Shown in pieces: positions 1 through 13,794 of a stretch of 62,370 nt of DNA. Numbering within the stretch: position 1 is the stretch's first letter; each line of letters starts with the position of its first letter. Source of the stretch: Chiloscyllium plagiosum (lineage: Eukaryota); the NCBI RefSeq assembly GCF_004010195.1, contig NC_057719.1, positions 15,686,257 through 15,748,626 of the forward strand, read 5' to 3'. Made by a program: the position numbers and the translations under genes. A model generated the notes under the pieces. That model did not search any database, was not told the DNA's origin, and saw only the letters and a program-made list of their open reading frames with translations.

Positions 1-292
1 GGAGTCCAGAACTAGAAAGCATAGGTTTAGGGTGAGAGGCAAAAGTTATAAAAGGAACCTCCGGGGCTACTTTTTCACACAGGGTGGTGCGTGTATGGAA
101 CAAGCTGCCAGAGGGGATGGTGGAGGCTGGTACAATTACAGCATTTGTAAGGCATTGGGATGGGTATATGAAGGGTTTAGAGGGATATGGGCCACGTGCT
201 GGCAAATGGGATTACATTAGGTTAGGATATCTTGTTGGCATGGACGTGTTGGACCGAAAGGTCTTTTCCGTGCTGTACATCTCTATGACTCT
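1..292 (+). mobile_element. CR1-clade LINE (HER1-like) 3' end, in a DLST intron
   Basis: RT C-terminal remnant (FFTQ..VRVWNKLPE.MVEA) and the family 3' tail ggaccgaa...gctgtacatctctatgactcta, seen in several other copies in the window. Confidence 0.85.
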
Positions 293-935
293 AAAGTGTT
301 GGCAAGGAATTACACCACAGGTGAGCAATAGGTGTCAGACAAAACTATAGCATGATTGGACTGGTGCCTTACACTGTACAGATGAGAGATGATGTAGGAT
401 AGAGAAAGCTGCAGATTGTCTCTGCCATAATCATTCTAATTACCAAGAGATAATGTTAATTGAAGATGTGCAAATAGCTGAGCCAAGGGTTATGATGGAG
501 CCTCAGCAGATAAGGATGATCCATAAAGATTCCACATGTACATTAGAGCAAAAGAGCAACAGGATAGAGAGAACAGGGCCCCTTATGGATTGTCGAGGTA
601 GCCTGTGTCAAACCACAGGAGATATTAAATATGTCGCATCAGTTTTTTATTGTGCAGAAAGGAATGGCAGCTAGATCCTGTTGATAACATTTCAGCATGC
701 TGGTCCTTCTTGAAACGTATCAATATGCTTTGTGATCTCATCACTCAACATGCCACTTTCAATGATCTATACACTTAGTGTATTTGTCTCTCACTGTTCA
801 TCTGTCCAGGTGAACTATCTCACATTGTCCTTTTGAAGGAGTAGGATAGGATATAAGATGCAGTTACATAACATGAGGAAAAATGCATGCACAATTGAAG
901 AACCTAACGCATTTTTGATGAATTTCTTGTTGCAG

Positions 936-1103
936 GCTCGTAAAAATGAGCTGGCTATAGAAGACATGGATGGAGGTACTTTCACAATCAGCAATGGAGG
1001 AGTGTTTGGTTCAATGTTTGGGACACCAATCATTAACCCGCCCCAGTCTGCCATTCTTGGCATGCATGCTATTTTTGAAAGACCAGTTGCAGTTAAGGGC
1101 CAG
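936..1103 (+). CDS. DLST: DLST (dihydrolipoamide succinyltransferase, 2-oxoglutarate dehydrogenase E2), penultimate coding exon, 168 nt
   Basis: Acceptor ttgcAG at 934-935 and donor GTgagt at 1104. Translates [56 protein letters not shown], matching the vertebrate DLST catalytic domain. Confidence 0.97.
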
Positions 1104-2276
1104 GTGAGTAAAATACAGTTTTGTTTTGATTCCTATATGACTTATTATTGTCAAAAGATTGAAAGTGTTTATTCATTGTGACAGAATAGACTGCAACTTA
1201 CCATCAGAGGTAAAATGTACATTTAGAATATTTAGTAATTCTTGTAATAGATTTGTCTAATTTCTTTGCATCCTCAAGTGGTATTGCCATCATTTTCTAA
1301 CACTGTAGAGATCTCTTGAACCTGACATCTGCAGAGGTGTCCTCTGGAGCATTAATTAATGCACCAGCTTCAAACCCGACTTGATCCCCACTCGAGTGAC
1401 TTAATATGTTTACAGGAATTATACAAACAGGATATAAACAGACAGCATTTGTACAGAATACCTACAGGAAAGTACCAGGTTGTGTAAATCTGAGTCTACT
1501 CCACTGGCAGAAATTCTTTTCAACTGTTGGTTTGGAATTGGGAGCTGATCTTCCTTCTACCTTTACCATTGTTGTACAAGCATATCCCATGGCATATTTC
1601 ATGATGATGTAATAAGGATCTTCACAGTTTAAACCATGTTGGATCCTGAAATTGTAACTCGACTGAAACCAATAAATGTACAAGCCGTGTTGTACTTGAT
1701 GACTGGCCTCCCGAGTTGTGACTTGGTTTTTAATCCAGCTGTTAAGAATTTCACATGAGGTAATTGATGTTAAAAAAAAATTAAAAATTGGTATCAGCAG
1801 CCTGCATTTGTTAAGACACCCTCATCTCCTATCCAGGCCAGTTCTGTAATTTCAACATGTGCTGTTTTAAAAATATAATTACATGTGGAGAGTTACATCC
1901 ACAGAAGTCAAAGTTGAAGGGTTTGTGTTGTCCTGCATGAAGGGAACTGACAGGCCTCCTCTTGATGGTAGAAACATTGCCTTCTCCTGGTGTAAATGCT
2001 GTCCTACATTTAGTGCTGATAGCAACTGCAGAAGGATTATCTTACTGTCTATGACCAGTAAATTGAGTTGCATTGTGCTGATTGTGGGCTTGTATCTGAA
2101 GGGGCAGTGACTTCTTTATCATTGCAAAGTCTTTGGCCGGATGAGTGCATTGCTGTATTTTGGAGGTGGGCTTTTGATAGTCAAATACATTAATTTAACT
2201 AGTGCTGCAAAGTTTCCATTTCAAGGGACAGCTAATATCCACTGTCAGCATGTCATATGTTTTTCTCTCATTGCAG

Positions 2277-2411
2277 GTTGTGATTCGTCCAATGATGTAT
2301 GTGGCCCTTACTTACGATCACCGTTTGATTGATGGCAGAGAAGCTGTGCTTTTCCTTCGAAAAATTAAAGCTGCAGTTGAAGACCCTCGTGTGCTGCTTC
2401 TCGACATTTAG
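2277..2411 (+). CDS. DLST: DLST terminal coding exon, 135 nt including TAG
   Basis: Pyrimidine tract plus ttgcAG acceptor. Translates [44 protein letters not shown], with the catalytic DHRxxDG motif. Phase 0 joins the upstream exon. Confidence 0.97.
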   Translation, partial: VVIRPMMYVALTYDHRLIDGREAVLFLRKIKAAVEDPRVLLLDI

Positions 2412-4900
2412 ACTCTAATAGTTATTTAAAGGAAAACATACTTAATATACCACATGCATTTTCACATATTAAATGTTTGTTCAACTTTTTTTTGATGTTT
2501 AAAATTATAAATGAATGTTTTATGGACAGATTGCAATTTTGTAGGAGTGATTTATGATGGAAGGATACTGCATGTCAGGGTCTTAGCTAAACTATGTTTA
2601 AAGTAACTGGATATACTAGCAAGGCTAATTTGTCACTGGTCTTTTTGTTGAAGAAAGCAGCTTTGAGATTCCTCCCTCATAATTTGGTAATAAACAAACA
2701 CAAGTGGTTACACTGCAAGAAACTGCAGTGGTGGACTGGTGCATGAAGTGGAAATGTCATACTGATACTTTGGGTTTGCTTATCTTTAGATTGTCACAAA
2801 GGCAAGTTGTGAAGCCTCTAACAAATAATGTTCTTGATGGAGTGTTTCATAATTATGGAGCAGTGCTAAAATATTTCCTTTTCCACCACTGACACAATTT
2901 TTAAATGCACTGTCTAAACTGAGAATACCTCAGCAACATTGCTGCCCATTCACTTAAGTACAGGGAGAAGCTAAACTCATTGTCCTTGTTCTGGGATTTT
3001 GTGTTGCAAAAATATTACTGTTTCTGCAGCAAAATTTCCTAAATCTGAGAGTACTTGATCTTAACTTCCCAGTTCCTGTGACTCACCATGAGACTTCATG
3101 CTAACAGGATTAATTTATTTCTGCTGTTAAAGTTCACGTACGTTTGTAATGAAGGAATCTCAGAAGATATTTTGGATAACAAAGGTAGACAGTGGGGTTC
3201 TACATCTCTCAAACTATGGTGAAACCATTCTATCGCAAAACCAATTTAGAGAGTTTTGTCAGATGAGGCAATTTGAATTACAAAAATGCTAATGTTAATG
3301 TCGAAGTACATGGTTCCCTTTGGTATAGGGAGGTCACTAGAGTTGCCTGTAGGCTTGCGTATAAATTTACAGCATTAAAAAATTGTATTTCACTTGCACT
3401 AAACCCGTTCAAGTTTTTCCTATTGCTTCATCTTTGTATTAGATTTGCTACTATTTCATTCTTTTCACCCTCCATCACTCCCCTTTCTGAAATGCACAGT
3501 TGAAATTAGGGAATTTAAAGCACCTACGTGTCAGAAACAGGAGATCCTCTTTGTCAGTCTGCTGTGCTGCATAATATTAGTCAAGTTGCCCAAGTACCAC
3601 ACTATGGGACCATGTCACTACATTGAGAATAAAGCAGTATGTTTCAAACCAATCTAAACAACTTCTGGCATGGAATTACTTCCTGCTCTCAGAATTAAGC
3701 TAGCTTTACAGATGGATAAATACGCACAAGTTTTTCATCCCGCACAGTGCTGAGGTCTGCAGACAGTATTAGTAGGGTTGGCAAACTTAAAACAACATGT
3801 CAGGGCATTATTTAAATTAGCATATCTTTGTATCTTTATAGTGTTTTTGTATGTAAGAAAATATTCCTCCACCCTTGAGTGAATTCAGTTCTTTAAAAGT
3901 AATTATTAGCTGTAAAGTATTGTCTGACATGCAATGTCCTTCTGATGTAGATGGATTATAATTGTACCAATTGATAAATGGTTGATAGCTGGTTCTGAAA
4001 AGAAAATAAGGACAGCAATCTACTACTCTTCTGGAGAACATGGCAGTCAGTAGGGATTTGCCAGTCTTGCACTGTGGTCATAAGTATACAATACATGTAA
4101 AGATTGAGAATGAAAGGCTGATTGGGTGGAGTTGAGTAAGATTGTTTGGTGATGGGGGTGCTGATGGAAGCAAAGTGTAAAATGCTGGGAATGAGGAGAG
4201 AGAGTATTAAATTTCAATTTACAGGGTACATGTATCCTCTTTGACGTTACTGGGTTTTAATCAAAACAAAATGACCCAGCTATCTTCCTTGCTGAGGACA
4301 AATAGACATAGACACTAGTGTTGTTCCAGTTTCTCTCAGACTTGCGCATTGTTGCCTAACAGTGATACTGAGTATCCATATTACTTTCCTCAAATTGTGC
4401 AACTTTTAAATATTTGGTACATGGTCATGGCCATGTTTTTACTTGTGGCACAATATAATTTCTTGCAATTCAGGTCATGGGAGACAGTTAAATGTATGTA
4501 TGCCTTTTGTTTTTTAAATCACCTGCACCGCAGTGCGGTTAATGGGAAAAAAGAAGCCAACCTGAGTGCTAAATAGATTCACTAACCAAAATAGTAAAGA
4601 GAACAAAGTCCTGGAGGGTTATTGAAGGTTTGCTTCCATATAACGTCTACCTTTTGTGTGCTTGCTGGATGACTCATATTTCATTGTATCATTTGATCCA
4701 CTCCTAGTTGCTGCTTTGTCTGATGTGACTTTCATGACACTTGGGATGTTTAGTATTTCCATGTACCACTCAGTTATTGAAATTCCAAAGAGATTGACAT
4801 TTATAACCGGGAATGTGACAGTAAAGTTGGAATGATGCCAAGGAGAAATTGCTATGTAATAGTTTATTGAAAAACAAAAATAAATGTATCTAACTATTCA
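2412..4900 (+). other. DLST: Probable DLST 3'UTR with candidate polyadenylation signals
   Basis: AATAAA at 2689-2694, 3628-3633 and 4879-4884, the last followed by T-rich sequence. No recognisable TE in this stretch. The true 3' end cannot be determined. Confidence 0.5.
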
Positions 4901-5357
4901 GGTCCTCTTGTAAATGCTTTAGGGGCTTGGGGAACAACAAACCATTCTGAATGGAAGATGGATGATCATTTTGTCATTTTTTTTTTACCCTTTTTTCATT
5001 TTATTATGTAGAAGTTAGCTGTGGTGTTTGCATAAGTTTAAATTCTATGCTTACTCTGAGTTGAAAAATGAATCCTTAATTTTTTTTGGTTGTGATGATG
5101 ATTGTTGTTTTGGGTGGGAGGGTGGGGTTGATAGTGAGAGAAAGGATTGTTGCAGTTGTTTGCCATGTGCTATAATTCTGATAATCTGAAACGGCCAGAA
5201 AGCATCTGGAGAGTGATTGCAATTAATGGGTTGTGGCCTATAATTAGGATTTATAGATCAGTTTTAAAGGGGAAGAACCCACTTTTTGTTTCCTTATGCA
5301 AGACCAATGACTTGGAAGTCAACGCTCTGGTCAGAGTTGGGACCATTCTGGGAGTTG

Positions 5358-5529
5358 AAAGTATGGTGCTGGAAAAGTACAGCAGGTCAGGCAGCATCCG
5401 AGGAGCAGGAAAATCAACATTTCGGACATAAGCCCTTCATCAGGAATGAGCGGTTTGTGGGTCGGGGCTGAGAGATAAATGGGAGGCAGGTGGGGTTGGG
5501 GGGAAGGTAGCTGTGAAAGCGATAGGTGG
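5358..5529 (-). mobile_element. Short Penelope-like element (pLTR) derivative with hammerhead-like core and 13-bp TSD
   Basis: Direct repeats ATTCTGGGAGTTG at 5345-5357 and 5530-5542. The - strand reads CTGATGA-A-GGGC-TTAT-GTCC-GAAA-TGTT at 5443-5416. Similar to the 3' part of the 32330-32621 element. Confidence 0.8.
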
Positions 5530-6339
5530 ATTCTGGGAGTTGCTGGAATTATATATTAATAACGGATAGGAGGGTAACTGAAGTGAGAGTTGCAGGCCAT
5601 CATTTGTGGGCATGAATAGATAAGGGTGCCTGAAAGAATCCCTGAAAGAAGAAAGTGATTTTTTTTTTAGGTAAACATTTGCAAAGGAGGTGAGCAGTGG
5701 ATTTGACTCCTAACTCCATATGGCAGTATGTTATTATTGATCCATTGTTATATGTGTCATAGTTAGTGACCGTGCAAGCACTAAGTGGAACGAGGATAAC
5801 ATACAATTATGGTAGTTACATCAGAATTGTGCGTCACAGAATTAGTTTATCACATTGAATGGGATCACCATTTACTGGAATTAGTATCCAATGATGCTCC
5901 ACGAAAGCAGCTCTTATAATGGCCATAGTGAAGTACAGGCCAGTTTAAAAAGTGCCAAATTATCAATGTGTAACAGGATAATTGGATTGTTGCTGCTGCA
6001 ACGGTGCTGTACTGTCCCAGGTCATTGTCACAGATATTCCTTTTACCACCTCAATTTCCTTCCATGGCCATCTGGACATATATTCCATCAAGTACATTCC
6101 ACTTTCTTCAAATGTTGATTGATAAGAATTCTCAATTGGGAGAAGCAAATGATGAACTCCTTTCCCAGCTTTCTGCATTTCAATAATTTTGAAGTTGTTT
6201 CACTTTTACTCCACTAAACGTTCCTGCAGTTGACACTATCCCTAGGGCAGTGCAGGTATAGCCTGGGCCACAGAGAAATTTTATTTAATTGGAAGATTGT
6301 GATAGCTAAATTTTCATTGGTCTAATCAATGTAAGAACT

Positions 6340-6627
6340 TTAGATTCCCTACAGTATGGAAACAAGCCCTTCGGTCCACACCGACCCTCTGCAGAGTAAC
6401 CCACCCCTCTGTGACTAATGCACCACCTAACAACTACGGACAATTCAGCATGGCCAATTCACCTGACCTGCACATCTTTGGAATGTGGGAGGAAACCGGA
6501 GTACCCGGAGGAAACCCACGCAGAAAATGAACAAGCTCCACACAGGCAGTCGCCCAAGGCTGGATTAAAACGTGGGATCCTGGCGCTGTGAGGCAGCAGT
6601 GCTCACCACTGAGCCACCGTGCCGCCC
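6340..6627 (-). mobile_element. HE1-type tRNA-derived SINE
   Basis: The - strand begins GGGCGGCACGGTGGCTCAGTGG (A box). Body is shared with 5 other copies and the tail resembles the HER1/CR1 3' end. Confidence 0.85.
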
Positions 6628-8444
6628 TAAACTTGTGACGAGCAGTTTGGTTTATCTCATTCCCCTTTGGAATGCCACAGTAAAGTCTTGCACTCCTGTA
6701 GCTAAACACTTTTTGTTTTCCTTTATTTGGAGGATTATGGTAACTGAATTTTAATGAGCCTAATCAGCTCATCTGGTTATGATGATCATTTGGTTAATCT
6801 CACCACATTGGAAAGGTCGAGTAGGACTCCACAAAAATGCCTTCTCCACAATGGTATTGGCACATATTTGGTCTGGTACACTAGATTTATACACAAGTCC
6901 TTAAGGACTGTATGTTCTGGAGTTTGATTCATCCAAAGCTATTGTGTTTATGTTGCAAATTATCAAAGTCCGCATACATTGTGTTTGTGAACGTGCCTTG
7001 CTGACTCACCTGCATGGTGTGCAGTTTTATGGTTTCAAAAGCCCAATGTTCTTACTTTCACACTTTATTTACTGTTGGGTTTGGTGATTAACCCCCAAAG
7101 TCCTGTGCGTTCATGCTTCCTTCTGAACTAATGCATGTATATAAAACTATTTCTGTCAAGTCTGTGGAAAACTTTGAAAGGAAGAGGTTTCTTCTAAAGT
7201 TCATTGGTCCTTTTTGCTCCGCCCCCACCCACCTCAAACCAAAAACATATCAAGTGTACGCAGCTGCGATGGCAAACCAAACTATTTTTTAAATTGACAC
7301 AAGGTATTCAAATGAATCCCTTTGTCTTGTTGCTGGAGTCCACACTGCTCCACACAATGAATTAGCAGATAAAGAAAGAGTTGCCCCTCATTAGATCCAA
7401 TGTAGAGATGAATGCTTGATCTGCATGAGAATAGAAGTAGTTCTAATATGGACATGTGGAATGAACAATATGTTTTTAGATTTTTTTCAATTCCATCCTC
7501 TTCAGGTTCCATTAGCAAGGGGGTGGTAATTAATTCGGTTGTTGCTGCTTAAGGTGTTTTTGATACTAATTTATTTATTTACACATCTGTGTTTTTTTCA
7601 GAATTTGGCACCAAGGTGGAATATTGGATAACTCGTTTCTTTTTCAAAAGAAACAACTGAATAATTCTGTTTTCATGTGTACTTCTGTACAAAGTATCTT
7701 GGTCTTTTCCTGCCAAATAGAAGAGGTAAAACAATAGGATAGTATTGTTTGCTGTTAGTATTAAAGCTTGGCATTATGCAAAGTTGAATTTTATTGTAAC
7801 AAGGTGAACAGTGGCCTTTCATCTCATGATCCAGATGAGAATCTATCCTAGGCAAACAAGATAAAGGTCTTGTTTTACTAGAGTGAAACAATGGGCTAGG
7901 ATGTTAATCCTTCGTGTCTCCAATCTGGAAGTGAACCTATCCAAAGCATATGAAATGAAGTTCTTGCTCTGTTTAGATGGCACAGATGGGTTTTAGGGAT
8001 GTTGATCTTCCATCACATTTAATTTTCAAAGTCACAAGATGGTTGCTTTTTAGTTAGGGAACAGAGATCTGGTAGCAAAATGTTTTTTTATAATATCATT
8101 GTCTGCCAATCCAAAACAAAGGGTTACTAGTTCCCAATGTAAATTATAAGCTTTCTCTTGTTATGAGCTCTCAGTAGTTGAATCAGTAATGTGAATTTAC
8201 CAACCAGCTGTACGATGAACATCAGAATGATGTCTGGAAAGGAGGGGCAAGAAAAATAAAATGCAATGATTGATCATTTTAGCATTGAGAGAATTTTTAA
8301 ATTAGTGAACTTAAATATTGCAGGTTTCAGAAATTAAATTCAGAGCAAGTTAGTCTGCACTACAATCCTTTGGGAAGTGCACCATGATCCCCATTAATTC
8401 TGGGCCTCTGATGGATCCAGTGCTGACAGATGCTATCACTTTGA

Positions 8445-11400
8445 CCATAAATAAGGGAGGAGAATTAGGCTATTCAGCCCATTGAGTCTGTTCTACCATT
8501 CAATTGTGTATGATATGTTTCTCAATCCCATTCTCCTACCTTATCCTGGTAACAGTTGATCCCCTTACTAATCAAGAACCTATCAGTTTCTGTCTTAAAT
8601 ACATTCAATGACTTGGCCTCTACAGCCTTGTGTGGCAATGAGTTTCACAGATGCACCATCCTCTGGCTGAAGAAATTCCTTCTCATCTTAGTTCTAAAGG
8701 GTCATCCCTTCCATCTGAGGCTTTGCCATTGGGACCTAGTCTCTCCTACTGGTGGAGACATCTCTGTCCACTCTTTCCAGGCCTCTCAGAATTCTAGGTT
8801 TTGATGAGATCACCCCTCATCCTTCTAAACTCCATCGTGTATGGACCCAAAGTCCTCAACCATTCCTCAAATGACAAGCCCTTCATTCCTGAGATCATTT
8901 TCGTGAACCTCTGGACCCCTTCCACTCAAGCATATCCTTCCTTAGACACAGGACCCAAAAATTATGTCAGTCCAAATTTAGTCTGACCAAATCCTTAAAC
9001 AGTCTCAACATACATCTCTGCTGTTGTATTTTAGCCCTTTTGGTATTTTAGACTCTTCTAGTCTGTCCAAGTCCTTCTGCAGTCTCCCCACTTCCTCAAC
9101 ATTACCTGGACCTTTACCTGTTTTTGCTTCATCTGCAAACTTAGCAACAATGCCTTCAGCTCCTTAGTCCAGATCGTTAATCTATAACATGAATACTGTG
9201 ATCTCCATACAGGCCCCTATAGAACTCTATCCACGCCAGTGCCTTGTTCTTAATACTGTGTGCTCTTGTTTCGCAGCCTCCTGTGCAGCACCTTGTCAAA
9301 GCCTTTCCAGAAATCCAAATAGGTCACGTCACTGGCTCTCCTTTGTCTAACTTGCTTGTTACCTCCTCAAAGAATTCTAGCAGATTTGTCAGACCTTTGA
9401 CAAAACTGTGCTGACTCTGATCAGTCACTTCAAGTACTCTGCAATCTCATTCTTAATAATCATTAATAAAAATCTTACCAAAAACTGAGTTCAGGCTAAC
9501 TGGCCTATATTTCCTGCCTTTTGCCTCCCTCTATTCTTAAATGAATGATGTTGCATTAGCCATTTTCCAGCCCTCTTGGACTCTTCCTGATCTCAGGAAG
9601 ATTCCTGAAAGATCACCACCAATGCCTCCACAATCTCCTTAGCTATCTCCTTCAGAACTCTGGGGTATAGACCATGTGGTCCAGACAACTTATCCACCTT
9701 CAGACCTTTCAGTTTCCCCACCAGCTCCTTTGTGATGGCCACCACACTCACCTCTGCCCCTGACTCTTGAGGTTATGAACGCTACTGGTGTCTTCCACTG
9801 TGAAGACTGATGCAGACTACCCCTTCACTTCCTCTGCCATTTCTTTATTCCCCATTACTACTTCTCCAGCTTTATTTTCCAAAAGTCCAGTGTCCACTCT
9901 TGCAATCTTCTATACTATTAGCTAGCTTACCCACTTATTTCATCTTCCCTCTTAAGTTCTCCTTTGCTGGGTTTTAAAAGCTTCCCAATCATCTAGCTTC
10001 CTATTAATCTTCATCACATTGTATGCTTTTTCTTTTGCCTTTATGCTATCCCTGACTTCCCTTGTTAGCCATTGTTGCCTCATCCTCCCCTTAGTATGTT
10101 TCTTCTTCCTGCGGGTAAATTTCTGCTATTTCCTGAATTAACCCAGAAACTCCTGCCATTGCTACTCCACTGTCTTCTCTGGTAGGCTCCCCTTCCACTC
10201 AACTCTGGCCAGCTCCTCCCTCATACCTTTATAGTTACCTTTACTCAATTGTAACACCGTTACATCTGATTCCAGCTTCTCTCCCTCAAACTGCAGGGTA
10301 GATTATATCATATTTTGGTTACTATCACTGTTCCTTCACCTTAAACCCCCTATCAAGTCTGCCTCATTACACCATCAAATCCAGAAATGGCTGCTCGCAT
10401 GTGTTCCATCATATGCTTCTCCAAAATCAAAACCCATCTTGTAAACATTCCTCTGATTACTTGGGGTCTGCCATGAACTTGATATTCCAGTTCACCTACA
10501 TATTGAAATCTCTGATTATTATAATAGTGCATTTATTACATGCCTTTTCTATCTAGGAGGTCTGTACACAACTCCCACCAGTGCCCTATGTGATTCCTCA
10601 ACTCTACTCACATATGCCTTCTGGCTCTATTTTATCTCTTGCTATCAATTTAATTTCATTTATTATTAACAAGGCAATCCATTCCCTCTGCCCACCTGCC
10701 TGTCCTTTCCATAGGACATGCATCCTTGGATATTTAGCCTTGTTTGTCTTGTAACCAGACGTTGTGACACCCACAACATTGTACGTTGCCAATTTCAATC
10801 TGCACTGCAAACTAATTTACCTTGTTTCATATACTGTGTGCATTTAAGTCCAATACCCTCAGTCCTGCACTGACTGCTCCCCTTCTCATAGTTGTCCTCT
10901 GATCCGCTGTGCCTGAAGTTAGATTCCTGACCCTTTCCATAGTCTCTGTTCTGTTTTTTGTCTGGAAACTTTAATAACTTCTGCTGAGCACCCCCCACCC
11001 CTTTAACATTTTCCATTATTTTCCATGTACTTCTTCCTACCCCAGTCCTGTTAGTTTAATGCCCTTTTCACAGTGTTAGCTATGTGATTCACTAGGATTC
11101 TGGTCCCAGTATGATTCAGGTGAAGCCTCTCCCATCAGAGCCACTCCCTTTCCCAGTACAGGCGCCACTATCCCAAAATTGTGTACATGTTTCTCCCCAC
11201 ACTAACCTCCTGCCATGCATTTACCTCTTTAAAATCTTATTGACCCTGTGCCAATTTGCTCATGGCTCAGATGCTAATGCAGAGATTGTAACCTTCCTGG
11301 TTCGGTTTTATAATTTAGTCCCTCGCTGCTCATATTCCCTCAGCAGAACCTCTTTCCTCTTTCTGCATATACCATTGGTACCTATGTGGCACACGAGAAC

Positions 11401-11760
11401 TGGATCTTTCATATCTCACTCCAGGTTCCTCTATAGCCTGGATGAGAGATCCTGGATCCCAACATCCCACTGGAAACATAGCCTTCAGGACTCTCAATAT
11501 TGGCCCCAGAGAACAGTATCAATTCCCTTGACTATAATACTCCTGATTACAACTTCCTTTTCTCCCCCTTCTTACACAAATCCTGTATCATAGTGCTATG
11601 ATCAATTGGTTATTTCTCCCTAAGGCCCCCACTCTCATCCATACAAGAACCAAGAATCTCAAACCTGTTAGACAAGCTCAAAGGGTGCAGCTCCTTCAGT
11701 ACTACTCCCAGATTTCTCCACCTATCTTGCTCATAGTCACACATTTCTGTCCCTGACCAT
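8445..11760 (-). mobile_element. Decayed long CR1 LINE (ORF1 esterase region, endonuclease, RT, 3' end) with internal deletions
   Basis: Fragmented - strand similarity to CR1 ORF2 (e.g. reverse complement of catctgcaaactt = KFAD) and to ORF1; many stops and frameshifts. Confidence 0.75.
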
Positions 11761-12270
11761 AGAATTGTAGAATTTTTCAGTATAGAAGGAGGCCATTTTG
11801 ACTCATCATGTCTGTGCCAGCTCTTGAAAGAGCTACCTAGCTAGTCCTATTCTCCAGCCCTATCTCCAGCGCAGTCTAACTTTTATTACTTTCAAATATA
11901 CATCCAACTCTATTTTGAAACCTCCTGTGGAATCCACCTCTACCTTTCTCCCAGGCAGTGCATTTCAAATTCTAATAACTCTAAGTAAGAAAGTTTCTCT
12001 TCATCTCATTCCTAGATTTCTTGGTAACAATCTTGAAATTGTGATTCCAGTTACTGACATAGCAACTAGTTAAAACAGAATATCCTGTCAAATTGTTCAG
12101 CATTTTCAACACCCGAATAAGGTTGCTTCTTACTCTTCTCTGCTCCAAGGAGAATAAGCCCAATCTCTCTAATCATTACTTGTATTTAAATTCCTTCATT
12201 CCTGCTACCATTCTAGTAAGTCTCCTTGGAACTCTTTCCTGGGCTTTAACATTCTTCCTCAAATAAATAT
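11761..12270 (-). mobile_element. CR1 LINE 3' fragment (same family as the 27035-31400 copy)
   Basis: GLFSLEQRRVRSNLIRVLKM peptide; close nucleotide similarity to 27040-27500. Confidence 0.8.
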
Positions 12271-12289
12271 TGGTATTTTGCAAACAGTT

Positions 12290-12668
12290 CACTTTAGAAG
12301 AATCAGGGGAGATCGCATAGAAATAAGTAAAATCCTGATGGGACTGGATAGGCTACTTGTGGAATGAATGTTGCTGCTGTTGGGAACGTCCAGAACTGAG
12401 GGTCACAGTTTAAGGTCTAAGCCATTCAGGACTGAGAGGAGGAAGAATTTCCTCACTTGGAGAATTGTGAATCTGTGGAATTCTCTACCACAGGAAACTG
12501 TGGGGACCAGTTCATAAGATATTTTCAAGGGGAAGCTCAACATGCTCCTTGTAGCTAAAGGAATCAAGGGATATGGAGAGAGGGTGGGAGTAGGTACTGA
12601 AACTGTATGATCAGTTATCATATTGAATGATGGTGCAGGCTCCTGCACCTATCTTCCATGTTTCTATT
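12290..12668 (+). mobile_element. CR1 LINE 3' fragment
   Basis: RT C-terminal nucleotide motifs (gggagatcgcatagaa, gtgaatctgtggaattctctaccaca) and a CR1-like tail. Confidence 0.75.
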
Positions 12669-13309
12669 ATAGAGGTTTTAGAAAGGTAGATTAACAAAGA
12701 TGGATAAATCTCTGGGACCTGATCAAGTGTATCCCAGTTATTTGTGGGAAGTTAGGGAAGAAATTGCGAGGCCCATAGTAGAAATATTTGCATCATCTAT
12801 AACCATGTGTGGAGCCAGAGGAGTGGAGGGTAGTTAATGAAAGGCTGTAAGGAGAAGAATGGGATCTACAGACCTGCAAGTCTGACATTGGTGGGTAAGT
12901 TGTTGGAGGTGATTTTGAAAGCGAGGGTTTACATGCATTTGGAGAGGCAAGGACTGATCAGGGACAGTCAGTATGGTTTTTTTGTGAGGGAAACTCACAA
13001 ACTTGATTGAGTTTTTTCAGGAAGTAAGCAAAAGAATTGATGAGGGCAGAATGGTAAACATTTCTGACATGAACTTTTGTAATGCCTCTGGTGAGGTTCC
13101 ACTGAGCAACAGGAATGGCTCAGTCCTGAATGGTAAAGTTAGATCACATAGGACTCAGTGAGCTTGCCAATTTCAATACAAAACTGGCTTTTTGGTAGAA
13201 GATTAAATGTGGGTGATGAAGGGTTGTTTTTTGGACTGGAGGCCTGTGAGCAGTGGTGTTCCAGAGGGATTAGTGTTGAGTCCACTTTTGTTTGCTATTT
13301 ATATAAACA

Positions 13310-13580
13310 ACACATCACAGAGACACATATGAGAATTCCTAGAAGCATAGCATTCCAACCAGAACTATCAACAAACACATTGACTTGGATCCCATTTACC
13401 ACCCTCTGAGAGAAAGATCAGGAAATGACATCACCAACCCCAGGAAACCTAAAAACAAATGAAAAGTGGGCCATACCACCAGTGCTTCACTGGAGGCTCA
13501 CTGATGATGTTACCTAGTATGGTGTCAAAACGTCTGCAAATGAACCTTCCAGTTCGGCAAACAAACATACATCCAGAACA
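13310..13580 (+). mobile_element. Penelope-like element 3' end (second family) with degenerate hammerhead core
   Basis: Broken GIY-YIG C-terminal peptide (EFLEA*HSN / INKHIDLDPIYHPLR), followed by CTGATGA-T-GTTACC-TAGTAT-GGTGTC-AAAA-CGTC at 13501-13534. Confidence 0.75.
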
Positions 13581-13654
13581 CTGTAATGAATGCAGGCCCC
13601 AGATCCGCAACCTCTTCTTTTAAGGCCATATCTTCATCCAAGTGAACCTTCTCT

Positions 13655-13792
13655 GGCCATGCTGACCAGATATGTAAAATTAATTGAGACCCATTTGCCA
13701 GCATTTGGCCCATATCCCTCTAAACCCTTCCGATTCATATACCCATCCAGATGTCTTTTAAATGTTATTATTGTACCAGCCTCCACCATCCC
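13655..13792 (-). mobile_element. CR1/HER1 3'-end fragment
   Basis: Reverse complement of the family tail seen at 24210-24350. Confidence 0.8.
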
Positions 13793-13794
13793 TC

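Noticed and set aside
11111..11593. 160-aa + strand ORF
   Set aside because: It is antisense to a decayed CR1 ORF1 esterase region and has no independent coding signal.
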